37,981 nt of DNA from Octopus sinensis. Taxonomy: Eukaryota. Shown in pieces: positions 25,036-37,981 of the stretch. The notes below the pieces were generated by a model. The model did not search any database. It was not told where the DNA came from and worked only from the letters and a program-made list of their open reading frames with translations. A program made the position numbers and the translations under genes. The stretch is taken from positions 1 through 37,981 of the forward strand of contig NW_021835842.1 in NCBI RefSeq assembly GCF_006345805.1, read 5' to 3'. The stretch's first letter is position 1. Every line of letters starts with the position of its first letter.

Positions 25036-25679
25036 GTGTGTGTGTGTGCGTTTGTTTGTATGTGTATCAGTGTGTGTATTTTGTGAGTGGATATGTGAAA
25101 AGGTGTGCGTTAGAAATACCATGAATTTAAATATTAAATTGTAACGCTTGTACGAAAATTACTCGGCAGCTGACCGTGCAGTTAGAAGAATTATCCATTT
25201 AGGCATATTGACATAATGTTCTATATTGATTTACTTTATCCACCCATGTGCAATTCAAAAATGAAATACTAAAAGTAACATACAGCCTGAATGTCAGTAC
25301 AAAACATCGGTACCCGTGGAATGGTATAAGAAACCAAACCAGATTGAATGAGGTTACAATATATATCTAGTGATAACACTATCACTATCATTATTGCTAC
25401 AAAGCTTGGTGTTTACTACGAAATTTTGTTGATAAAAGGCTCTAACAAACACGTATTCCAGAAAATGAGACCCCACTGTGCAAAATTTGTTCAAGAGAAC
25501 TAAATGAAAAAGACGAATGTAGGCACCAACAATAACCAAAGAATGTTGATTCCGAAAAAAGTTGTGTTTCCATAAATGTAGCACATTTATCCACATATAC
25601 AAATGTTGTTACATGTAATGTGTGCATAGTAGAATATATTTCTGTATGTGTATATACATACGTATGTACACATAATATA

Positions 25680-25734
25680 GTATATCTATATCTACAAATC
25701 TATCTATTTATCTATCTATCTATCTATCTATCTA

Positions 25735-25801
<67 letters not shown>

Positions 25802-25815
25802 ATATATATATAATA

Positions 25816-25857
<42 letters not shown>

Positions 25858-25870
25858 TATAATATATAAT
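25680..25870. repeat. (TATC)n/(TA)n microsatellite
   Basis: Seen directly. Confidence 0.95.
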
Positions 25871-25922
25871 GACTGAGGGCATTATTCAACACCATTATTG
25901 CTAGAAATAAGAGTTAAAATAA

Positions 25923-26061
25923 CTCACCTAGCTCTTGGGTTAAAACAGCTCGCCTTGTCAATTTGTAATTATCGTAGAAATCACACGCTGATTTCCGTGA
26001 TTTCTACGATAATCTTATAAACTGACAAGGCGAGCTGATTTAACCCAAGGCGCTAGGTGAG
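25923..26061. repeat. About 140 bp near-perfect palindrome (hairpin/MITE-like)
   Basis: ctcacctagctcttgggttaaaacagctcgccttgtca...ttatcgtagaaatcac pairs with gtgatttctacgataa...tgacaaggcgagctgatttaacccaaggcgctaggtgag around a 12-nt loop. Confidence 0.92.
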
Positions 26062-26070
26062 AGTCCTGAC

Positions 26071-26125
26071 ACAACACACACTCATTCACACACACACACA
26101 CACACACCACACACACACACACACT

Positions 26126-26156
<31 letters not shown>

Positions 26157-26332
26157 CACACACTCACACACGCATATATTTAATACGTATATGAACATAT
26201 TTATATGCATATACATGTAAATGTCTATATCTATATACGTGCTTACATACATGCTATACATACACACCACACACACCAATATATATATATATATGTATAT
26301 ATGTATATATGTTATATATATATATAATATAT

Positions 26333-26412
<80 letters not shown>

Positions 26413-26430
26413 TATACATATAATATATGT
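26071..26430. repeat. Compound (CA)n/(TA)n microsatellite
   Basis: Seen directly. Confidence 0.93.
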
Positions 26431-26439
26431 TTCATAGTA

Positions 26440-27460
26440 GCTGCTTTCTCGAATAAGAGGAAAGCCACTGCTAGAAAGAATTATTGAATGAGTCACTGAT
26501 TGTGCAGTGTGCAGTATATGACTCTTGAGCCCGACCAAATATTTGTATAATTCCATTGCATAATGCAACGCTACGCTGGCTAAGAAAGAGAACAGGTGCT
26601 GCAGTATGAAGTCTTTTGACAAGCCTTCTCAATCGTCCAACTGAAATGCAATATTTTCCACAGGTTGCACATGTTCTATTGCGAACAATAGATCCATCGC
26701 AATTTACAAAATGCTGATTCCTCTGAGTTCTCTGATGGCTGACCATGCCTGTATGACTCAAGCATTTCTTCTCACACATTACTCACATAAAAAGCAACAA
26801 TTCCTCATTTTCCAAATTCATTATTTCAGAGCCTTACCTTGATTTTCTCTTGCTTCATTCTCTCTCCTTCAAACCTCGAACAACCATTGTGCACTCTTTT
26901 CCTCCATCCATTTCGGTCTTCTGTCTCCCTCTCTCAATGAACGGCAATTCTGATGGAGTCATTGAACCTCATTTTGGGTTTACCGGCTGGTCTCCTACCA
27001 TCTTCCAGATCACCATGCAAAGGTTGTTTGGGAGTTTTTTCATCGTTCATTCTCACCAGATGTCCACCCCACCTCAAACGATTTTGCAGAATCATCGATT
27101 CTACACTCTTACTACCACTTCTCACAAGTACCTCCTTATCACTAATCGCCATTTACCAATTATCCCAATAAATTTCCTATGACAATATTGATACTATCCT
27201 TTCAAATGTCTTAAATGCCTAAGAAAAACAATGTCTCACTTTGAGAGATCAATGACAGCAGGACACATGTGCTATAAACACTGACTGGAGATATTTATCA
27301 AGTATACGGCAGGTCGTGCTAGCCTTGATGATTCTATAGGAATTTTATCACCAACACCAGTAGTACTGAAAGTACATCCTAAATAAAGTAATTTAGTTAC
27401 AACTTTAATACATAATCACAAAAGGTTCCTTATAAATTTAGCAGATGTTCCTAAAAATCT
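26440..27460 (-). mobile_element. RTE-clade LINE remnant (RT thumb region to C-terminal zinc-finger-like region)
   Basis: KVVTKLLYLGCTF near 27380. ORF 26934-27152 reads ISDKEVLVRSGSKSVESMILQNRLRWGGHLVRMNDEKTPKQPLHGDLEDGRRPAGKPKMRFNDSI. Downstream are CATCGKYC and GLKSH motifs. Confidence 0.9.
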
Positions 27461-27469
27461 TGTTTAGTA

Positions 27470-27548
27470 TCTTAAATGGAAGATTCTTAAATGGAAGATT
27501 CTTAAATGGAAGATTCTTAAATGGAAGATTCTTAAATGGAAGATTCTT
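27470..27548. repeat. Perfect 15-bp tandem repeat (tcttaaatggaagat) x5.3
   Basis: Units start at 27470, 27485, 27500, 27515 and 27530. Confidence 0.97.
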
Positions 27549-27681
27549 GATTTGAAAAATAGGAAATATTAGGCTTTCTTAGATAATGTTCTGTCTTATT
27601 TCAAATGCTTATTTCTTGAATTTTGAGAACAATTGTATCATTGAATCCAAGTTTCCTACACACAGACGTATATATATTTTA

Positions 27682-28025
27682 TGTCGGAGTTATCCCAGTT
27701 ATCTGAGTTACCCTCTCCTAGAAGGATGCCCTAACAAAGGCTAGGAGTCCTTCACTCCCAATGGTTTAACCGCGCGATCGGGTATTCAGTCCGATTATTT
27801 CTATGTCCCCGCGCATGATACATCCTTAAGACATTTATTGGATGGCCGTTGACTCTCAAGAGTTCCTCCGCCCTTTGACGGGTTTTGTTTTTCATCCCGC
27901 AGGGTGTCCAATAAACACCCTCCACACCAAGCAAGCTTGGTGGGTTGCCGGTTTAGTCGCCGACGACCCGACCATGCAACATGTACTGGGTTACATGTTA
28001 CCAGTAGCACTCGAAAGTGACCTGA
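27682..28025 (-). mobile_element. GC/CpG-rich structured element resembling an RTE 5' UTR or RTE-derived SINE
   Basis: Minus strand ggactcctagcctttgttagggcatccttctaggagagggtaactcag resembles the conserved RTE 5'-UTR block (ctagccttggttaggcaacc.gtctaggagaagg.aactctg). Multiple hairpins are present. Confidence 0.55.
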
Positions 28026-29005
28026 CATAAACATACATACATACATACATTACATACATACATACATACGCACATAAATACATACATACATACATACATA
28101 CATACATACATAAATACATACATATATACATAAATACATACATACATACATACATAAATACATACGTAAATACATACATACATACATACATACATACATA
28201 CATACATTACATACATACATAAATACATACAAACATACACACATACATTACATACATACATACATACATAAATACATACATGCATACAACATACATACAT
28301 ACATACATAAATACAATGCATACATACATACATACATACACACATAAATACATACATACATAACACATACACACATACATACATACATACATACCACAAC
28401 ATAAATACAATACATACATACATACATACATAAATACATACATACTAAATAACATACATACATACATACATAAATACATACATAAATACATACATAACAT
28501 AATACATACATACATACATACATACATGCAACATACATACATACATACATACGCACATAATACATACATACATACATACATACATACATGCATACATTAC
28601 ATACATACATACATACATAAATACATACATCATACAATACATACATACATACATACCTACAAACATACACACATACATTACATACATACATCATACCCAT
28701 ACATACATACATACATAACATAAATCATACAAATACAACTACATACATACATACATACATAAATACATACATAAATACATACATACTACACACATACATA
28801 CATACATACAATACATACATACATACATACATACATGCATACATACATACATACATACATGCATACATACATACATACATACATACATACATGCATACAT
28901 ACATACATACATACACACACATACATGCATACATACATACATACATACATACATACATGCATACATACATACATACATACATACATAAAAACATACATAC
29001 ATATA
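28026..29005. repeat. About 1 kb interrupted (CATA)n microsatellite
   Basis: Seen directly. Confidence 0.96.
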
Positions 29006-29184
29006 TAAGTGTGTAGGTGTGTGTATGTGTGTGTTCATACATATGAAGAGAGTTATCAATGTTTATATGCATAAATATACTTCCGAACATGTTTCTACAT
29101 TCGGTTGCCTAAATACTATATATCCTATTTACATCCTAAGGACTTTCACTTGACATCCACTATTCAAAGCTGAAAGCAATATAC

Positions 29185-29238
<54 letters not shown>

Positions 29239-29670
29239 CGCACGCACGCATACACACACACACACGCAAGTTAGACTCACAAACACACATATAACGTCAC
29301 ACTCACTTACACCTAAGTATATTACAGAAATGCATAAGAAATAGGCGCTACGCTTACAAATATGAACACAAGAGACAAACTATTCTGATATACGTGTATT
29401 CGTATATCAGTTGCTCAAAGACGCACAATCTGCTTTCGACACTTGTCCACATTCGTGTAAATGCACACATATACTAAGAAATGTTTACATGTAAGTTCAT
29501 ATGAAAATTTACGTATAGAAACTTGAAAATAAATGTATAGAATAGCTTGAAACATACCATGCAATTCAATAAATGTTTAGGCAGATACACCTATTGTGCC
29601 TCTGCCTATAAATATGAGTATGTGTGTACAATACATACTTACTCATTATATATATATATATTTCTCTCTA

Positions 29671-29705
<35 letters not shown>

Positions 29706-29709
<4 letters not shown>

Positions 29710-30006
29710 CGTGATCACCGTAATCGACCGGGCTATCAGTTGTTGCTACACATCGCTGGTTACAATGCGCTTCGCATTGTTTTAGTCTTCAAATGACGCC
29801 ACACTGCTGGCTAACGAGCAGGCCAACAGAAGAAAGAGTGAGAGAAGGTTGCTGCGAAAGAGTACAGCAGGATCGCCACCACACCCTGCCGGAGCCTTGT
29901 GAGCCTTTTGGGTGTTTTCGCTCAATAACACTCACAACGCCTCGTCTGGGAATCGAAACCGCGATCCTATAACCGCGAGTCGCTGCTCTAACCACTGGTC
30001 CATTGC
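29706..30006 (-). mobile_element. tRNA(Arg)-like-headed SINE with the same head and core as 2967-3278 but a different tail
   Basis: Shares gaaagagtgagagaa.gttg..gcgaaagagt, ctgccggagcc and accgcgagtc.gctgc.ctaaccac with the 3.1 kb copy. Its tail ends in (acggtgatc)-like repeats. It is embedded in (TA)n. Confidence 0.85.
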
Positions 30007-30052
<46 letters not shown>

Positions 30053-30057
30053 TTATT

Positions 30058-30117
<60 letters not shown>

Positions 30118-30129
30118 ATATAATATAAT

Positions 30130-31262
<1,133 letters not shown>

Positions 31263-31333
31263 ACATGTTTGGGGCCATTTATGTATATTATATATATATA
31301 TATTATATATATATTCTAAGGGAGAGACACTAT

Positions 31334-31585
31334 AGGGTCATAAATGACCTTGGGATATCACCTAGAAAGTTACCCTCTGGGACACAAGTCTGGGCAAGGC
31401 TGTTTATGGAAGACCAGCAGTCACCCATGGATACTAGCTTCCCCCTCCATCCACTGATGTCGAGCAAGGGATAGACAAAGGCTGATGCAGCTCGGTATCA
31501 GGGAAATAACTAATCAGTTCTACAGCTGAGTGAACTGGAGCAATAGTGTCTTGCTCAAGAGCTCACAACACATCCCAGTCCGGCC
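31334..31585 (-). mobile_element. Headless copy of the 36723-37030 SINE family
   Basis: ggtcataaatgacc...cacaagtctgggcaaggctgtttatggaagaccagcagtc...ctacagctgagtgaactggagcaa..gtgtcttgctcaaga is colinear with 36735-36965. Confidence 0.85.
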
Positions 31586-31729
31586 TATATATGTGTGCGT
31601 GTGTGTGTCTGTATTTCTAAAGGTATATATACATATATACGCGTATGTATACATACATATATGTGTGTGTGTGTGTTTGTGTTTACATAAATATATAGAC
31701 ACACACACACATACACACACATATATATA

Positions 31730-32204
31730 TATGTATGTATATATGTATGTATGTAAGTATTAATGTATGTTTGCATGTATGCATGTATGTATATAAGTAT
31801 GTATGTATGTATGCATGCATGTATGTATGTATGTATGTATGTATGTATGCATGTATGTATGTATGTATGTATGTATGTATGAATGGATGGATGTATGTAT
31901 GTATGTATGTATGTATGCATGTATGTAAGTATGAATGTATGTTTGCATGTATGTATGTAAGTATGTAAGTATTAATGTATGTTTGCATGTATGCATGTAT
32001 GTATATAAGTATGTATGTATGTATGTATGCATGCATGTATGTATGTATGTATGTATGTATGTATGTATGCATGCATGTATGTATGTATGTATGTATGAAT
32101 GTAAGTATGTATGTATGTATGTATGCATGTATGTAAGTATGAATGTATGTTTACATGTATGTATGTAAGTATGTAAGTATGTATGTATGTATGTATTACG
32201 TATG

Positions 32205-32238
<34 letters not shown>

Positions 32239-32338
32239 TGTGTATGTATGTACGTATGTAAGTATGTATGTATGTATGTATGTATGTAAGTATGTAAGTA
32301 TGTATGTATGTATGTATGTATATATGTATGTATGTAAG

Positions 32339-32369
<31 letters not shown>

Positions 32370-32551
32370 GTATGTAAGTATGTATGTATATATGTATGCA
32401 TGTCTGTAATGTATGTATGATTGTATGTATGTATGTATGTATGTTATGTATGTTGTATGTATGTATGTAATATGTATGTAATGTATGTAATGTATGATGT
32501 ATGTATGTATGTATGTATGTATGTATGTATCTATGTATGTATGTATGTATG

Positions 32552-32585
<34 letters not shown>

Positions 32586-32780
32586 TGTTATGTATGTATG
32601 TATGTATGATTTGTATGTTATGTATTATTTATGTATGTATGTATTGTATTTATGTATGTATGTATGTTGTCATGTATGTATGTATGTATGTATGTATACA
32701 TTTATGTATGTATTATGTATGTATGTATCTATGTATGTATGTATGTATGTATGTATATATGTATGTTGTATGTATGTATG

Positions 32781-32811
<31 letters not shown>

Positions 32812-33016
32812 TGTATCTATGTGGTATGTATGTATATATGTATGTATGTAGGTATGTATGTATGTATGTATGTATGTATGTATGTATGTATGTATGTATG
32901 TATATATGTATGTATGTATGTATGTATTGTATGTATGTATGTTATGTATGTATGTATGTATGTAAGTATGTATGTATGTTCATGTATGTAGTATGTATGT
33001 ATGTATGTATGTAATG

Positions 33017-33050
<34 letters not shown>

Positions 33051-33057
33051 TGTATGT
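31730..33057. repeat. About 1.3 kb interrupted (TATG)n microsatellite with an internal higher-order duplication of about 210 bp
   Basis: Seen directly. Variant blocks recur at 31753/31965 and 31925/32133. Confidence 0.96.
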
Positions 33058-33677
33058 TTGATGGGACTGAAATAGGTGCGTTTATATGTAATCTAAAACT
33101 GTCACATAAAGATTCATAGAAACATAAATATACAGAATCATTTATAGCGTCACACAGACACGTGCGCACGCACACGTCATTGTAGCTTGTTTTCGAATTA
33201 ATTTTCTCTTTCGCATATCAATGTTTCCTTGTTTAGATTTCATTCTTCAAAATGCGGGAAATGTTATACAAGAATAAATGAAAAACAAGTAAAACAATTT
33301 TGCATCAAAAATAGTAAACACGCAAACAATAACTAATATCAACCACAACAAAAATGACACATACACACCCACGGAAACACTCACATTCATACACACAAGC
33401 ACACAGACACCCAACCCACACACCATATACGTTTATACGATATCTGTGTGTATCTCGCTAAAAACTAAATAAAAATCATATAAAAAGCTTATTACATTCC
33501 AGCTGAGAACATGTTAAAATTGTGAGTTATTCTTCTAGCAGACAAAATAATACGGTATGGTTTTGACGTCTTATATATTCTTTCTTACCATTTTCTTCAA
33601 CTCTTTTGTTTTAGCTTTGTATTGTGACACAAAGTTAAAACTTTTGAAAACAATATGCTATAAATTCAGGTATGCAC

Positions 33678-33718
<41 letters not shown>

Positions 33719-34103
33719 TGTATGTATATCCATATATATACATATGCATGCATATGCCTGTGTACGTGTGTGTGAGTGTCTATGTTTGTGTGTGTGCACG
33801 CATACATTTATAAACGAATAGGTAAATATAATTATGTATACAATATAAACATGTATATTTCGTAAGAACATGTACGCACACACATATGTATATACATACA
33901 TATATATACATACAACCCCATATATAATATATATATATATTATATATATATATATATTATTTTATGTATGTGTATATACACTCACATATTGTATGTGTGT
34001 ATCTGAAGGTACATATTTATGAGAACAAACCGTATATATATATGCATGTATATATTTATATATTATATGTGTGTATATATGGATATATATATATATATAT
34101 ATG

Positions 34104-34139
<36 letters not shown>

Positions 34140-35160
34140 GCATGTATAAATGTATGCGCCAAGGCATGCAATGCTATGTTACTAACATATAGATATACTT
34201 ATCATCATAATCATCTATATTGTATATAGGCTATATATTTCCGTACAATATTGTACATACAAAAACATAGTGGCATACAATACCCATATATATTTCACCA
34301 CTGTAAGCATACATTCAAGAATGTACACATTTTGCGTGGATATATTTTTATATGAATATACATACAGTTTATATGAATGTTTAGCAATATTTCCGCATCA
34401 TTTTCCGTACAAGTATTAATGTACAGATTTCATTTCAAAACGTATATTACAAACAATTCCATTAAAAATATCATCACATGATATACATGTTTTGCTAAAT
34501 GTTTTATTGTTCATTCTGCCTATCTTTCTTGATGTCTTTCTTCTCTCTTGGTATAATGTATGTGAGTGTGTGTGTGCGTGCGCATGTGTGTATGAAGGTA
34601 TTGTGTGCATATGTATAGATATATTTATGCACATAAACACAGTCGTACATATACATATACGTATGCACATCAGTGTATATGTGTATGCGGATGTGTGTGT
34701 ATATGTGTGTATGTTATATGCTGATAAAATCGTACGATTTCAAATCCTAGGCCTTATAGAACTAATTAGGCCTTCTCCATAGCGTATAATTGTTTATAGA
34801 TCAACACAGTCCTTCTAAAGGCCAGTTAACTACAGCTTCACTCATTTACAGTTGAAATTAACTAGAGACCAGAGCAATATAAAAGGAAATGTTTCGCTTC
34901 AGAAGACAAGATGTCAGAAGCCACGACATAGCGATCGCATGTTCAACGCGATAACTGTAGACCATGTATATCAACATTGGCGGCTGTGTATGTATATACG
35001 TGTATGTTCTTGGTGGTGTGTGTTTGTGTGTGTGAATAAATATATACACGTATGTTTATAAATATATTCAAACATACATACATACATGCATACGCACATA
35101 AATACATACATATATATATATATCTATATATTATATTATATATATATATATATATATATG

Positions 35161-35329
35161 AATAAAAAATGGAGTTACGCAGTTTAAACAAATATTTTTA
35201 CTCCGACACATGTTTCCAAAATTCCATTGTTTATACCATTTATTCTTTTGAATATTATCAGTGGAATTTTTCGAAACATGTCGAAAGTAAAAATATTTGT
35301 TTACACCTGCGTTAATTCCATTTTTTATT
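35161..35329. repeat. Foldback of about 70-bp arms, each carrying a hammerhead 3' half
   Basis: aataaaaaatggagttacgcag..taaacaaatatttttact.cgaca.atgtttc.aaaattcca.tg is the reverse complement of cagtggaatttttcgaaacatgtcgaaagtaaaaatatttgtttaca.ctgcgttaattccattttttatt. Confidence 0.85.
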
Positions 35330-35476
35330 GATATTATTAAATATTCACGTAAATACGAAGTTTCTACCTACCTTTATAAACAAGGGGTTACAACACCTTA
35401 CTTGTGAGATTTTTGCTGCCCTGGTACTATTTATTTATTTTTCCGTGTTAATTGTGAACAAGGTAAAAATACACTC

Positions 35477-35541
<65 letters not shown>

Positions 35542-35546
<5 letters not shown>

Positions 35547-35772
35547 TTTTACTTGTTTCAGTTATTTGACTGCGGTTATGCTGGAGCACCATCTTCAGTC
35601 GAACGAATCAACCCCAGGACTAATTCTTTGTAAGCCTTGTACTTATTTTATCGTTCTTTTGCCGGACTGCTAAGTTACAGAAACGTAAACACACCAACAT
35701 CGGTTGATAAGTGACGGAGGGGGAACAAACAGACACATACAAAATATATTTATGTATATATGTGTGTATGTA

Positions 35773-35814
<42 letters not shown>

Positions 35815-35846
35815 ATCTATCTATCTATCTTCTATCTATCTACCTA

Positions 35847-35895
<49 letters not shown>

Positions 35896-36066
35896 ATATA
35901 TATATATATATATATATATACGACAGGCTTTTTTCAGTTTCCGCCTGACAATCCACTCATAAGTCTCTGGTCGGCCCCAGGCTCTAGCAGAAGACACTTG
36001 CCCAAGGGCTACGCATGGGACTGGACCCGGACCATGTTGTTGAGAAGCAAGCTTTTTACCACGTAC
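35542..36066 (-). mobile_element. Near full-length OK-like SINE with an expanded internal (TA)/(TAGA) microsatellite
   Basis: Tail tcttttacttgtttcagttatttgactgcgg and head half cgacaggcttttttcagtttccg...gaagacacttgcccaagg...cccggaccatgttg match the reverse complement of 391-757. Confidence 0.88.
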
Positions 36067-36722
36067 AATATATATGTGTGTGTGTGTGTGTGTGAGTGTG
36101 CGTGTATATATATGTATATTTAAACACACAAACAAATATGTACATACACACACATACATATATGTTTATGCCTTATACATATTCTTAAAATACAGGGACT
36201 CTAGACAGTGAGAAAATAAGGAACATCATCAGAAAAACTTAAGAAAGTTGATGCAAAAATGGAAAGAGAAGAATGAAACGAAATCAGAAAAATTAAGATC
36301 CTCTTTCTCCTTGATTGTAGAAAGCACATTAAATACAACTGGTATAGAATAAAATAACAGAAAATATCTAAGTCTGCGAGACAGTCACTCAGTCTGTATC
36401 GGGTAATGTCCTCCATTTCGACAACGGAAACCTGTCCATGTGTTTGCCCCTGCTTCCTATAATTTTGTTCTATATCACCTGTAATATTTGAGGTTCCTGC
36501 AATCTGAGAGGACGTTTTATTTCGTTTCTTTTCATTCAATATTTTTCACCAACATTCGTCAGGTTTTTTTTTCACGTTTGCTATTTTGTTACTGTCCAGC
36601 GTCCTTGTTTTTAAAAAATATGTATATAAGGCATAATCAGTTCCTGAAAGATTGCTTTGAGATTTGTGGCGCATTCTATAAAAATGCCTAGTGAAAGTAT
36701 AATAAAAACATGGAACTATATC

Positions 36723-37030
36723 GTAGACTCCCTTCGGTCATGAATGACCATGGAATTGCACCTAGAATGCTATCCTCCGAGGCACAAGTCCGGGCAAGGT
36801 TGTTTATGAAAGACCAGCAGTCGCCCATGCATACCAGTCTCCCCTCTCCACGCCAAGGAAAAGGCAAAAGCTGATACAGCTTTGCACCTCATTTCTACAG
36901 CTGAGTGAACTGGAGCAACGGGAAATAAAGTGTCTTGCTCAAGAACACAACACGCAGCCCGGTCCAGGATTCGAACACCCAACCTCACGGTCGTAAGTTC
37001 GACGCTGCAAGCACTGAGTCATGCATCTTC
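36723..37030 (-). mobile_element. tRNA-derived SINE with a CORE-like central domain and an RTE-like tail
   Basis: Minus-strand head has B box gttcgaatcc. The core is gtgttgtgttcttgagcaagacacttt...gctccagttcactcagctgtagaaatg and the tail is ccatggtcattcatgaccgaagg. Confidence 0.82.
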
Positions 37031-37048
37031 AAGTGGAACACACACACA

Positions 37049-37084
<36 letters not shown>

Positions 37085-37335
37085 CATATAAAGACAAGTG
37101 TATAAGAGGAGAGGAGACCACCAAGTGGATTCCTTACATGCTAGAAATATATATAGCAAAATAAGAAAATGGAGGAATAGATTTCATTCAATCATCAACT
37201 TCCAGATAATACCAATTCATATAATTTATTAACTAATTAATTATATTAATAGGAACATCCAAATCCAACAGAATAAGACAGAATAAAACAATATACATCA
37301 ATAAGTATATACCATAAGGAATACATATAAAATGG

Positions 37336-37461
37336 ATCTTACAGCTGTTCAGCCTGTAGATAAGAGTATCTCATTATGCCCATATTAGTCACATGTATTG
37401 AGGTAATATGCAGTATAAAAATGAGTTACTTATATATATATCTCAAGGCCTCGCCAGAGAT
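37336..37461 (-). ncRNA. Degenerate type I hammerhead ribozyme with a long stem II insert (probably inactive)
   Basis: Minus strand: AUCU, CUGGCGA, GGCCU...about 90 nt...AGGCU, GAAC, AGCU, GUA, AGAU. Stems I, II and the palindromic stem III are in correct order, but the core has A6->G and lacks one A. Confidence 0.55.
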
Positions 37462-37981
37462 TATAAAGTACAATTATAAAGATATAAAATGCAAATATGA
37501 ATATTAAACAAGGTACACATATACAAGAATATGCATATATACATACATACATATACATATAAGTGTATATACACCTACATATACATATATACACCTACAT
37601 ATATATATAAGTGTATATACACCTACATATACATATACATAAGTATATACATAATAATATACATACACATAAGGTTGCAGTTAATCAGAACTATATACTG
37701 GAATATACATATATATCCACATCAAAGTGTACATATACAAAGTCCAAAGTTCATTGTATTACATTACTAAATCTATTAATATTAATATTATTATTAATAT
37801 ACCAATAAAGGAATATGTGCATTCTGCTATTCACAATACATAGTAGATGGAAAATACCACATAAAATACAGCATAATCACGTGTACACAACATAATAAAT
37901 ATAATCTATTATATTACATATCAAATATACAATATATAACGTATAGTATAACTAATATATAGACAGATGCATATGGAGAGG

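Noticed and set aside
27470-27548. CRISPR-like array
   Set aside because: Head-to-tail repeats with no spacers, in a eukaryotic context with no cas genes.

Overview
AT-rich, repeat-dense animal genomic DNA. It is most likely intronic or intergenic DNA from an octopus (coleoid cephalopod). That is an inference from the tRNA-derived SINEs, which resemble the octopus OK/OR/Nin-type families, and from the very high load of (TA)n/(TG)n/(TATG)n/(TATC)n microsatellites. No host protein-coding gene can be supported, and nearly all long ORFs in the track are microsatellite artefacts. The window is a mosaic of about a dozen SINE copies or fragments, decayed mariner transposons, LINE remnants (three RTE, one R4/Dong-like, one Tx1/L1-like ORF1), Helitron/Helentron-like non-autonomous elements, foldback palindromes and kb-long microsatellites. 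The most interesting signal is a set of Penelope/retrozyme-type type I hammerhead ribozyme motifs. One copy (30771-30871, minus strand) has a fully intact catalytic core and an unusually long stem II, and four degenerate or partial relatives lie elsewhere. A highly structured RTE-5'UTR-like element (27682-28025) is the second candidate. All family assignments come from motif recognition by eye, not database searches.
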